Assembly: GCA_950097015.1 (NCBI GenBank)
Contig: CATNEN010000030.1
Coordinates: 248,001 to 312,000 of the forward strand
DNA length: 64,000 nucleotides
Reading direction: 5' to 3'
Origin: Macrostomum hystrix
Lineage: Eukaryota > Animalia > Platyhelminthes
Position 1 is the first letter of the stretch, and each line of letters opens with the position of its first letter. The notes beneath the pieces are model-generated. The model was given only the letters and a program-made list of their open reading frames with translations, was not told the DNA's origin and did no database searches. A program made the position numbers and the translations under genes. This document shows, one piece after another, positions 13,601 to 24,739 of this stretch.

Positions 13601-16195
13601 TCAAACACATGACACCATGGCCCTGTCAATTAACCAATCAGTCACCACCCAACGCTGTTGACTGTTAGCATTCAGGCGCTGCCAAAAAAATTTCAGGGGA
13701 ACCCCCTCGGTATAAAAACGGGCGGCAAAATGGCTTGGTAGTCCTACGGATAGATTAAAATGATTTACCTGATTAAGCTGTCCAAAGCGCGGCTTAGATA
13801 ATCCAACAGCAGGTCCAGGCCGCCGCAGTCCATGAACTCTTCAAGCCACCTTTGCGTTGGGGTGGGGAGAATGAAATGGCAATAACAATGTCAATAATAA
13901 TAATAGTCACAACAGTTGGTGACAGCTAACGCACCCAACCCAATCAAATACTGCACTTAAAAAATATGCCATTCACAAACTATTTAAAGAGATAGTCTAG
14001 CTCAACACTCACTGGACAGAGTATGATCTCAAACAGTTTTCGAGGCCTTTTAATAGATCGCGACGCTCGCAGCAGCGACCATTGCTATTGCCGCCGCCGC
14101 CGGCCCGAAGGCCGCGCAATTGGGCCACATAATAGCCAGCGGTTGATGTGGCCTCGCCTGGTTGCTTTGAACTTAGCCAGTTTTGCAGCGCCTGAGGAGT
14201 TAATCATGCTAGGATATAATAATGTGATTATTTAAGTGTTAAAGAGCCCCAGGACAGGCCAAACAAGCTAAGTGCTCAGAGGTCTGGGAGGAAATTATAT
14301 TATGGGGATCTGGGATAGTGAGGCTAACAATCTGAGGATCTGGGATAGTGAGGCTAACAATCTGAGGATCTGGGAGAGTGAACCTAACAATCTGAGGATC
14401 TGGGAGAGTGAACATAAGAATCTGAGGATCTGGACAGTGAAGCTAACAACCTGAGGAACTGGGACAGTGAACCTAACAACCTGGGGATCTGGGAGAGTGA
14501 ACCTAACAACCTGAGGATCTGGGAGAGTGAAGCTAACAACCTGAGGATCTGGGAGAGTGAACATAACAATCTGAGGATCTGGGAGAGTGAACATAACAAT
14601 CTGAGGATCTGGGAGAGTGAACATAACAATCTGAGGATCTGGGATAGTGAGGCTAACAATCTGAGGATATGGGAGAGTGAAGCTAACAATCTGAGGATCT
14701 GGGAGAGTGAAGCTAACAATCTGAGGATCTGGGAGAGTGAAGCTAACAACCTGAGGATCTGGGAGAGTGAACCTAACAATCTGAGGATCTGGGAGAGTGA
14801 AGCTAACAACCTGAGGATCTGGGAGAGTGAACCTAACAATCTGAGGATCTGGGAGAGTGAAACTAACAATCTGAGGATCTGGGAGAGTGAACCTAACAAC
14901 CTGAGGATCTGGGAGAGTGAGGCTAACAATCTGAGGATCTGGGAGAGTGAACCTAACAACCTGAGGATCTGGGAGAGTGAACCTAACAATCTGAGGATCT
15001 GGGAGAGTGAAGCTAACAACCTGAGGATCTGGGAGAGTGAACATAACAATCTGAGGATCTGGGAGAGTGAACATAACAATCTGAGGATCTGGGAGAGTGA
15101 ACATAACAATCTGAGGATCTGGGATAGTGAGGCTAACAATCTGAGGATATGGGAGAGTGAACATAACAATCTGAGGATCTGGGATAGTGAGGCTAACAAT
15201 CTGAGGATATGGGAGAGTGAAGCTAACAATCTGAGGATCTGGGAGAGTGAAGCTAACAATCTGAGGATCTGGGAGAGTGAAGCTAACAACCTGAGGATCT
15301 GGGAGAGTGAACCTAACAATCTGAGGATCTGGGAGAGTGAAGCTAACAACCTGAGGATCTGGGAGAGTGAACCTAACAATCTGAGGATCTGGGAGAGTGA
15401 AACTAACAATCTGAGGATCTGGGAGAGTGAACCTAACAACCTGAGGATCTGGGAGAGTGAGGCTAACGACCTGAGGATCTGGGAGAGTGAAACTAACAAC
15501 CTGAGGATCTGGGACAGTGAAGCTAACAACCTGAGGATCTGGGACAGTGAAGCTAACAACCTGAGGATCTGGGACAGTGAAGCTAACAACCTGAGGATCT
15601 GGGACAATGAAGCTAACAACCTGAGGATTTGGGAGAGTGAAGCTAACGACCTGAGGATCTGGGAGAGTGAGGCTAACAACCTGAGGATATGGGAGAGTGA
15701 GGCTAACAATCTGAGGATCTGGGAGAGTGAAGCTAACAACCTGAGGATCTGGGACAGTGAAGCTAACAACCTGAGGATCTGGGACAGTGAAGCTAACAAC
15801 CTGAGGATCTGGGACAGTGAAGCTAACAACCTGAGGATCTGGGACAGTGAAGCTAACAACCTGAGGATCTGGGACAATGAAGCTAACAACCTGAGGATCT
15901 GGGACAGTGAAGCTAACGACCTGAGGACCTGGGAGAGTGGGGCTTGAGCCTGAGCAAGAGTAGTCACACAGACCTGCATCTTTTTGTCGGTGTCTAGAGC
16001 AGCAAGATCTTGCGCCCTATCGGCTGTGATGTCCATATCCTCGATGAACTTTGGCCAGAGCTCTTCCATCTGTTCCTCGGTGAGCTCTTCAACAATGTGA
16101 TTGTGCCTGTGGGCCTGAGCTGTGCCTGACATTGAAAGCATTCGGCAGCGCTCTGAGCTGCCCAACGGGGGCCGTTTTGAATATGAGCAGCCCAT
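1639..16195 (-). CDS. FMNL: FMNL/FRL-type Diaphanous-related formin (GBD/FH3-FH1-FH2-DAD), about 1077 aa
   Basis: Exons 16195-15974, 14191-14013, 13849-13769, 7903-7115, 6483-5307, 4432-3884, 1875-1639 all have GT-AG boundaries and consistent phase (3234 nt total). The N-terminus MGCSYS fits the MGxxxS myristoylation motif. GBD-like LKGLENCLRSYSVQWLEEF..GLDLLLDYLS; FH3 TKTLVLELLAALC; polyproline FH1; FH2 LPLLNWTAIP..GTVF and ILELILALGNYLN..GFRLCSLATLQDTKS; DAD-like DGALDDIMSDF followed by basic RRKRK. Confidence 0.9.
2005..2207 (-). mobile_element. SINE family B, 3' half with (TTA)n tail
   Basis: Reverse-complement match to the 3' half of the complete element at 30699-31065, with an (AAT)n run at its left end. 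Confidence 0.8.
3420..3866. repeat. Minisatellite, 16/32-bp unit (GATCTACTCTCACCCT / CATCTACTCTCTACTA), formin intron 6
   Basis: Tandem units are directly visible; the array starts about 16 nt after the donor at 3883. Confidence 0.95.
4530..5095. repeat. Minisatellite, 21-22-bp unit CTAGATAACTGGAAATGCAAG, formin intron 5
   Basis: About 26 visible tandem units. Confidence 0.95.
6620..6924 (+). mobile_element. SINE family A (tRNA-derived head, CORE-like middle, (TTA)n tail)
   Basis: A-box-like GTCGCCTAGTGG and B-box GGTTCGATTC; shared body CCTTTAGCAAGACACTTAACTCTGCATTGC..AAATGGGTACCAGC; ATT tail; several other copies in the window. Confidence 0.88.
7945..8383. repeat. Minisatellite, 29-bp unit TAAACAGCCATTGTCCTTATCCGATCCCC, formin intron 3
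   Basis: About 15 units; the array ends about 40 nt from the acceptor at 7904. Confidence 0.95.
8983..10443 (-). mobile_element. Tc1/mariner DNA transposon, full length (1461 bp)
   Basis: Terminal inverted repeats CACTCAGC(C/A)ACATTGAAAAGTTTCCACCCT; TA duplicated at 8981-8982 and 10444-10445; one transposase ORF. Confidence 0.96.
9158..10192 (-). CDS. Tc1-family transposase, DD34E, 344 aa
   Basis: N-terminal HTH region; VIFTDESRF, LQDDNAPPH and WPSRSPDMNPIEHVW motifs; 34 residues between the second D and the E; no internal stops. Confidence 0.95.
   Translation of the reverse strand: MVRQMTDLERARAIGMLDAGMSIRAVARQIGRSHTAIRKLQIKCRETGSVAHATRGLRLNMRSTTRRADRRLLRMVKGSPTLPATLLRLMWAERSRRGNVLSAQTIRRRLRESGLRSRKMRKRSRLTPTHVASREQWAMQRVHWRQQQWRRVIFTDESRFRLFRADGRIRVWRQPRQEMLPQHVQNSESQSASIHVWAGITMHAKTELVFLDATVTAESYANLLQTRLLPFIDASCGGVGNCVLQDDNAPPHRAAAVAHLKELLHLRTLRWPSRSPDMNPIEHVWDYLKRSIRRDNPPQNVAQLRESLSTAWQQLPQDFLRRLVLGMPRRVSALLHSRGCYTRY
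12180..12345 (-). mobile_element. SINE family A, 3' portion
   Basis: Reverse complement of the family A body and tail. Confidence 0.8.
13258..13515. repeat. Dispersed repeat relic, copy 1 (paralogous to 16736-16968)
   Basis: Shares CATCTTCTGAAACAAGAATCAAGT.GCCAGC, GAAGG.CAGATTTTTCC.ATAAG and CTTGCCAGGCCTTC with the second copy. Confidence 0.7.
14305..15935. repeat. Minisatellite, 30-bp unit CTGAGGATCTGGGAGAGTGAAGCTAACAAT, filling formin intron 1
   Basis: About 54 units occupying almost the whole intron (15973-14192). Confidence 0.97.
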
Positions 16196-16735
16196 TGTGC
16201 CAGGAAGGGGAGATCAAATATAGCTGCCAGCTGCCTCGAACATTAGTCAGGCGCTGAAGCCCTTTCTTGGTTCTAGAAGAAGCTGAAAAATGATTGATAC
16301 TTTACTGTAAAAATCTAGTTTTTTTAAAGTGCAACAGTTCTTAGAACATCAGAAATTTGTAATGTAAAATATGGGAAATAAAGTGAAATAGTGGTTTCCC
16401 AAATGAAATATTTTATTACAAAGAGAAAATACAATTTTTTTTATACTAATGTAAGCCTATGTAGCATAAAAAACTATTTCTAAAGGTTCTGAATTTATTT
16501 TAAGGCAGATAGAATTTAATACTATTACTAGGAAGGTATTTAAAATAACTATATCGTATATATGTTTTAATGATACTATGTATAAATACATTAACTAAGC
16601 AAAATATAGGAAAATCCTTATTTAAGAATGAGTATAGTATTTACACAATAGCACTATAATTTTTTTATCTACTTTATATATAAACAATTGAAAAGTAGAA
16701 CAATCAAGGGGGTTTCTCTCCCCTTGAATTTTTGT

Positions 16736-16968
16736 GCATCTTCTGAAACAAGAATCAAGTTGCCAGCATTTCAAACTGTCAAGATTTATTAGATATTCTA
16801 GGGTTCTTGCTGAAGGACAGATTTTTCCCATAAGAGCTAAGTTAAGATATAACCCTATACAAAAAATTCCACTGCACCTCAGTGCACACTTGCCAGGCCT
16901 TCCAACTTAAACTTCCAACTTATGGTAATTGACATTTATCTAGACATACCTGCTAGGCCTGAAAGGGA
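16736..16968. repeat. Dispersed repeat relic, copy 2
   Basis: Diverged direct copy of 13258-13515. Confidence 0.7.
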
Positions 16969-18231
16969 ACTTAAATTATGTAATAAACTAAATTTGTGTA
17001 TATATATTTTAATGACTTACTGCTACTAGAGCTAATCCAATTAAACGATTTGAGTAAAGGCAAATATTTACATATGCATATATGCCATTTGTAATAATTG
17101 TGTCAAAATAGTGACCAGAAAGCCTAAGTTTTAATGTCTATATAAGAAAATTGACAGCAAGCTAGTTAGGGGAGCTAACTACAGAAACTGACACAAATAT
17201 ACGAATTTTACAAAAAATTAAACTAGCTAGCCATATAACTAAGATAGTAGATACTAGATAGGCAGTGATTGTGGTAGGTAGTAGTAAGTGGTGTTGTCGT
17301 GTGACACGTTTCACAAACGAAAATAACAAAAACCCTTCATAAGGATGAAACACTGTTAAAAATCTGCCTCTAATATTTGATTAAAAAGCCACTATTTTTG
17401 ATGCCACTAAAATGTCGATAAATAAATATATGTTGAAGTAATTGACAAACCGGTCGCTGCGCATGCTTTGCTGTAAAAAATTATTGAAAAAGAGTTTTCA
17501 AATTTAGTCGCGCGATTATTCATCAGTAAATACTAACAAAATATTGATAGCAAGACACAGCTTTCAAACATTACTAAGAACAGTTCTGTACATTTTTGAG
17601 ACAATGCACCACCTAAATTTTATATGGAATGCATGATTATGGCTGATCAAGCCTTTCTGAAATACGTTTAAAATATCTGAAAAAAATATCTGATCTTGAG
17701 CTTTATCTATCCACACATTCTAAATATTTAAAGGCTGTCTTTCTCTCCGTGAAATGTAGTTCAATAATAAATAAAATTTTAAATGTCACTTTTTTCATAC
17801 TCTGTCAGAACAGTGCCGCAATAATAGGCGTTCAAATTTAAAGTTTCAATTTCAAATACAGAGAAACTGGTCCACATGACGACATACAAAATTAGATTTT
17901 GCAGCATGTCATAGACAACATTTAATATAAAACTTGCGTTCAATTACTTAATAAGCTTACTATAATTTACATTTATATATATCCAGAAAATTTCATTCAA
18001 CTCTAAATAAATTATCAATGCATGCTTTGTGGCCAGAGCAGAGAGCGTATTTAATGTATTGATATTAGTACTTCAGAGCTGCGTACTTCAGGATCATTTC
18101 GAGATCAGGAGCGTATTTGATTATTAACTCAAAAGAGGCTAGCTAGTATCCTAAAGCAACACATATCATTCCCTGATATGAGCATGTGAAATTTTAATTG
18201 GTATTGGCCGTGCAGTCCACTGAACGGCAGC

Positions 18232-19720
18232 AGGCCTGCAGGGGTCGGTGATCGCGCCGTTGCTCTTTCTACTCTACATTTAACAACGCGTTGCGCATGC
18301 TATGCCACCTACTGCGATCACCCCGGCGCTTTACGCCGATGACCTCACCCATGCGGTCTCAGCACTCGTCGGTCGCCTCCGCCACGACATACCTCCAGGC
18401 GGGGCTCGCCGCTGCTGCGGAGAGGAGCGCTCGCATGAAGATAACGCTCAACCCCACCAAGAGCGTCGTCTCTCTGTTCTCCATCTCGACGGCGGAGGTG
18501 GCCCTGCAACTGCAACTCATCCTTAACGGCTCACCTCTGCCCTTCGACGCCAATCCGCGCTTCCTCGGCGTCGTCCTGAACCGCACTCTCAGCTTCGGCC
18601 CACACGTCAGGGACTTTATCTCCAAGGCCCGGGGTCGCTGCCGCGCCCTTGCAGCGCTCGCCAACCAAGAGCTTGGCAGCCCGGGCTTAGCGACAACGCC
18701 TGGACGACCTCGAACGCTGCCCGCATTATCATGGGCCAACTCCAATCATCACCGACCGACGCCATTAGACTGGAAGCTGGTGTCCCCAGTTACCGGACGC
18801 ACAGCCAGCACCTGCTTTCTCGCTCTTGGGAGAAGGCCCTCGCGGCCGTTTTAACGGGCCGCAAAAGGTACAACACCTCATCGCCTGGTCAGGTCCAGCT
18901 GGCGCCGGTCCGCCATGTACCCATTTGCCGGTGTGGCTCCCTCTGTCTTCCCGATTCGTGCTCTTTACGGCGGACGCCGTGATTCCTTCTACGCCGCCCG
19001 GCCGCGCCCGCGTGTTCGCCTGTTCCCTCGGCCCGGCATCGCTGCCGCCCGTTACGGGCACTCGCGACCTCGCCTTAGACTGTATCCGCAATCTCCTGCT
19101 TGCCTCGCCGGGTCCGTCTCTCGCCATCTTCTCTGACGGCTCGGCCCAGGGTGGGGTCTTAGCCGGTGGCCACGCTTTCGCTGTCAACAGCGGCGATCCG
19201 GCCTCCCCGACCATCCTGCACTCGGCCTCCTCCTGTGGCATCCTCGTCACGTCCTCGTTCGATGAGCAAGTCGCTGCCTTCTGTGCCGCCGCTGACTGGG
19301 CCGCCGACGCCGTCGCCGCCGACCGGCTCTTCGCTGGCCCGGAGACCACCCGACGTTTCGTTTTCTGCACCGACAGTCCAAGCTTAGTCGTCGTCCAGTG
19401 GACTCCGGGGCACTGCGGCATCCCCGGCAACGCGACCGCCGACCGCCTGGCTAAAGAAGGGAGCCGCCTGCCGGCCCCCGTCGCCCGTCTCCTTCCGCGC
19501 GGCCGTCGCCATCTGTTGCCGCGCCATCGTCGACCAACCCAGACAAAACCGCGCGGTCACCGCCTATGAGCTGGTCAGCCTGGACCGCTGTCAACTGCCG
19601 CGCCTACCAGCGGCTTCTCGCCCAGCTCCGTGCGGGCCACTGGCGGTCACCCCGCGCCTACCACGCCATCCTTGACGCGTTAGTGGACCCGGTCTGTACT
19701 TTTTGTCGCTTTGAACCTGA
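18232..19720 (+). mobile_element. Degenerate non-LTR retrotransposon with RNase H (I/Ingi-like), 5'-truncated and internally deleted
   Basis: RT motifs QGSVIAPLLFLLYI (followed by a stop), LYADDL and PRFLGVVLNRTLSFGPHV; RNase H AIFSDGS..VVQWTPGHCGIPGNATADRLAK; C-terminal LRAGH..DPVCTFC; frameshifts between motifs. Confidence 0.85.
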
Positions 19721-20468
19721 AATACAAATTACGCACATTAACTAATTGCATGAATCACATTAATTTAATTAAATACGTACATGTACATATTTCACACATA
19801 TCGCCTGACATAGAAGTACGAGCGTAAATTGGTTAAGCGTGAATAAAAATAGTCAACAAGACCGATTTCAGAATAATATATATAGATAATTGTTGATTTT
19901 GCATAGTGGATTGGCAAGAACTTGTAAAGTCTCTCGTGTCGAGACTTGGAAGATATATACTTGCCCTCTGTATGACCTCGTTATTTCTTTGAACCCCGGT
20001 CGCTCTAAATACTCGCAAGCTATTCGCTCGCGAGGAGTGTTTTGCATTAGCTGCAATGCACGAACAATGTAGTACGTACACTAGCTTAAATGGGCAACAG
20101 CCTTGTACAATATGTGTCTGTGATTATTCTTGGTCTAGCGCAAGGCTTCACGCGACAAATATTTCACTGTCTTAGTTGTCTTAGTTGTACATTCCCTAGT
20201 TTTATATTGGCTGTGTAACTTGCTTGGATTCAGTGTGCACGATATAAAACAGGCACATACAATTTACTTAAAGGGTGTCACAGGGTCCATAGTGCACCTC
20301 CATAATATTTAGACACTACGGGATTGTCTATGTAGCATTTAAGCTACAATGCTTCACTGCGTTGCATAATGCATGATAAATTTGATACAGGCATTTCTCT
20401 ATCTTTGAGTCTATAATTTGAGTCTATCTTCTTTTGAGTCTATTTTCAAACCCTGCAATTACTGTCAG

Positions 20469-21158
20469 TTAGCTGATCGACTGGCGAACATCAACTCGAC
20501 TCCGGCGCAACAGGTGCCGCACTGCTGGCTGCCTATCTGCCGGACGTGCCATGAGCCGCAGTACTGTCTGCTAGGCAGCTGCGATAAAGCCTGTATCAGC
20601 GGCTGCATCTTCGGTGGGAGCCTTCTGCTGCTGATTACATGCATAATTATAGCAGTCTGGCGACTATGCCGCGGTGCTCGAGATCCCATGACAGTCGCCT
20701 TGTTGACGGAGACGTCGCCCGTTCCAAGAGTCTCTGTGGTTCCGCCGACTCCACTGCCTTCCGGAGCCGCTGTCTATGGCTCAACCTCTTGGCAGGTCAG
20801 TCGAAGTGAATGTAAAGTAGCTATATAAATAGAAGCGTACTTTTTATGCTACCACTAAGTTCTTCTGATTAATCGTCTTTTTGACAACAGTTAGTTTTGA
20901 GTTGACAGCACCTCTCAGTCTTTAGAATTTATTCCTTCTGTTCAGGCTCCCAACTACGGCAGCATCAACGATGATGAAGAGCGGGACCTTTTGCCGCGGC
21001 CAATGAGATCCTCTGCTGGCGGCGGCGGTGCCCGTCTGCGGCATCCAGACAGTGAGAATGCCGGCTTCTCAGGCTTCTATCTACCGGCTTCTCCGTCCGG
21101 GTCGAGCACCGCATCGAGTCCTCGCAGTAACGGCTTGGTACCAATACCGCGATTGTAA
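20469..21158 (+). CDS. Single-pass membrane protein with a Cys-rich juxtamembrane segment (last two exons; 5' end not found)
   Basis: Exons 20469-20795 and 20946-21158 are GT-AG and phase 0. Hydrophobic ISGCIFGGSLLLLITCIIIAVW is followed by RLCRGAR; the tail contains NYGSI and EERDLL. Confidence 0.6.
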
Positions 21159-21960
21159 CTAAAGGTATCCGACAGTCAGCATGTAAACAATAAGTTGTTT
21201 ATTACGACACACTGCGACATGTTTTATTGAAATTTATTATGTACTGTACGTGCGATACCACAAATTATACAGCATGCGCACTAAAATACGAGTACTGTTT
21301 TTATACGGACGTGTTTTTTACGAAGCTAAAATCTACTTTAAAATCAGATTCTCTGCATTGCTTTCATTCTGGTCATAAAAAAAGCTTTTTGCTGTTGCAG
21401 TTTGTGTCAATGTTTAAAATTCTTATCAATTTTGATTGCCTTCATTCGTTATAAATAAGACGGGCTTAATTTGATAACATTTGTCCATCAGCCACTTCAT
21501 GAACGGCAACAACTAGGAAATTCAACGTCGAAAATTTTTTGACAAAGTATCCAAATATGACTCACTACCTCACACGTTTTACGTTTTTCTTACTTTTACA
21601 CGTCGAAATCACTGAGTACACAAATGCTATACCTTCTGTAACCAATTACTTTTTCCAGTCTCCCAATTAGCTGGTAACAATTGTGACTACCTATATAGAC
21701 TATCAAGCAACTAAACTACCCGGTCTCCTAGGCAAACATGAACCAGTCCACCACGCAGGCAATCATCCAGTCTACTTGGTTGCATCCTCCCATTATTAAA
21801 TTAAGATAGCAATTAAAACCTCTACCACGCGTGCATGCCTCCATCCGCCCAGACCTCAAGAGTAATGAGTAATTATACTTGTATATTTCAGTAGCTGATT
21901 AGTGCAAGTTTAAAGCTTAAGTAGGTTTGTTAAGTTTCTTTTCAAAACTAGTACGTCAGG

Positions 21961-22261
21961 TTGAGGTTGTAGCCTAGTGGTTAGGGCGTTGGACTCACGA
22001 CTTGAAGGTCGGGGGTTCGATTCCCGACTCCACTGGAACAATTTGCGTCCTTTAGCAAGACACATAACTCTACATTGCTTCAGTTCACCCAGCTGTTAAA
22101 TGGGTACCAGCATCAGCTGGGATAATTGAAGGTGGGTGTGGCGTCCCCCCCAGTCCGTGGACTGAACAGCTGTACGCAGCCTTCAGATGCGCCGCGCATT
22201 AGCTGCGGCTGTGCTGTCGGCTGCACATCTGACCCAATTGGGGCAGGTGTAATCAATACAA
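21961..22261 (+). mobile_element. SINE family A, full length, with 12-bp target-site duplication
   Basis: TAGTACGTCAGG at 21949-21960 and 22262-22273; A and B boxes present. Confidence 0.92.
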
Positions 22262-24101
22262 TAGTACGTCAGGCTAACAAAATGCTGAATGATGTGGAAT
22301 CGGCGTAAATCAGTCTCACGAGTAATTTTTTAAATTTTGGTATTACAAGTAGATAAAGCTATAGCTAAATGTCAACCCTAGTCCAAGGTCTGACGTTTAT
22401 AGAAGCACGTTAGAAAAACGTTACGGGACGAACGAATTTCCGTTAGGTTTACGTTAGACTTTAACGTTAGTCTTTCCGTTAGTTCGGTCGTTAGACTAAT
22501 GTTAGTTTTCCGTTAGAATTTTAACGTTACTTTATTCCACAAAACTGACTATAACCTAACGGTTCTTTTTATTTTCCGTACTGATTTTATACTATATATT
22601 TTGCATAACGCACCGTTGCCAATGCAACAAAAGTATTAATTGGAGCAAGGATAAGACAGTGAACCAAACTCATGCAATTAAACTGACCAAATAAATATTT
22701 TCAAATGTGTAATTCCACTAAGTTGTCCGATAAAGTGTGACAATATAGTCGTCCTTGAGTGCTTATTCGTCGGGTACCACGTGAATAATTTGGACTTATG
22801 ATCGATAGGTTCCGGATCTGCAGTTGCTTATCTTTTACAATTATAATTGGTGTACTTTAAATGCTTAAGACCTGATGAAGCACTGCATGGTAAATTCGTT
22901 TTGTAGGCCTAAAAAGTAAAATTATTGCAAATTGCCAAATTTCAATAATGAAGTACGCGAGTAGTAGACTTAAAAGCTAGCCTACTAATAAATGTATATC
23001 AGCAGCCGTGATTACTTATAGTCCATTTTACGGTCATAGTTAGAGTTTTGGCCATTGTATGTGTTGGCAGTATAAATTAAAACCTAGTTCATAGCCAAAA
23101 CCTAATTATATAAAGCGTCGTATAGCAATCCGTTAACTGATACTGTTATATTTATCCAATATGTATACGGCAGGTGGTGCAATACAAGCGTACATACAAA
23201 TATAGTTGGAAAATACCCAGCCGAACTGCCCGATGAAATAGTAGCGACGCTTTTTATCCGGAATCCGACGAAAAAGCAACTGCCAACATAACATGTACAG
23301 GACTGCTAGTGGTACTAGTAAGCAAGATTCTTGAAGAAAGACCAGTGGACACCAGAAGGAAATATATTAAGCTATTTGAAATCGAAGCTAAGTGTCTTGT
23401 GCGATTCTTATTGATTTTATTGCTTTCTCAGATTCTTAGTTTATATTACTGATTTTGAATAATCATGTTTAAGTAACCGACCATCCTCGTTGCAAACGAA
23501 AAAATCATAAGATAAATGGCGCTTATTTAAAAGTTTACATTTTGCAGAATTCGCGCGCTCTGTACATGTAATATAAACATGTACTATTAGGAAACGGGCC
23601 AAACGGCTCAGGACGCAACGGTTCTGATTTGCACTAATCTAATCTAATTTCTTTTATTTTATGAAATTTTAGTCTAGATACCTGTTTTAATGGTCCATGT
23701 GCCAATTGCTGGGCCTATCCTTCAAGCCAAGCTGGTTTAGCTGGAGTTGTGGAATAGGCCAATAAAATTATTTTCTTGATTCAGGCCTAGACTTTGTCAG
23801 ATCAGATCAAAGAATAGGATTAAGGGCAATGTAGCAGTTGGTTTCGCGATTTTATTTGCTTGTTATTGAAAAAAGTTTATATTCGAAACACAAAAGGAAT
23901 GTGAACTAGCATGAATAAAAAACGTTTTTAGTTGTAGGGGCCTAATTAATAATTTAGTAAGTAGTGGCCTCCATGCCTGTGTAGGCCTACCCCTTGGCCT
24001 TGCCAGTAGACTTGAACATATTATCCAATTATAATGAAATATCTTCAGTACATGCATTATTCTCAGATTTAGCCTATATACACACTATATGTAAAGGAAG
24101 T

Positions 24102-24739
24102 GCTTATTCCCATGGTCCCATGCCGATAATTTCTATTATATCCACACGGATCCGTGCCGATAATTTTCTGCTTATCCACATGGCAGCTTGTATGAATAGG
24201 TCTACTTTCAAGTCCCTACCTATTCTCTGAGCATAGGCCTAAGGCTTTTGCTTCAGAGTATAGTGTATAGTGTACACTATTAATGCGTAGTGTAAAAGAA
24301 TAACAATGATGTATAATATGTGTGACCAGTTTGGTGCTGACTAGAATTCTGCTGGTTGACTTGTATGATTTTCTTTGATAGACTTTTTACTTTTTAAGTC
24401 AATACAATTTGAATTAAAACACGTAACAATGACAAAAGATTTAGTAAGTTATTATTAAAATAATTAAAAAGTATGAGATTAATGTCGGTAATGAATGTAT
24501 AGGTCGAAATGTAGAACACTGTTGTAACACACTGGTAACTTTGTCGATCTATTGGTTTGAGGGTTCAACAAAATGTTCAAACCTGAAAGGGCCTCGTTTC
24601 AAAAGAACAGAACTGTATAGATAAAATTGAAATTACTGGCACAGCATATTTATATAGGCCTAAAGAGTTGTAGACCTATTCATACAAGCTGCTGTGTGGA
24701 TAAGCAGAAAATTATCGGCATGGGACTGTGGGAATAAGC
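24102..24739. repeat. Inverted-repeat (MITE/foldback-like) element
   Basis: Arm 24102-24205 is the reverse complement of 24670-24739 (TGCCGATAATTTTCTGCTTATCCACA..GCAGCTTGTATGAATAGGTCTAC). Confidence 0.75.

Noticed and set aside
14305-15935. This and the other regular arrays as CRISPR arrays
   Set aside because: The units are contiguous with no unique spacers, there are no cas genes, and the context is eukaryotic introns.
21961-22030. tRNA-like sequences at SINE 5' ends (also 6620, 30699, 31206, 58440, about 59455)
   Set aside because: They lack a complete acceptor stem and terminator and continue into shared SINE bodies.
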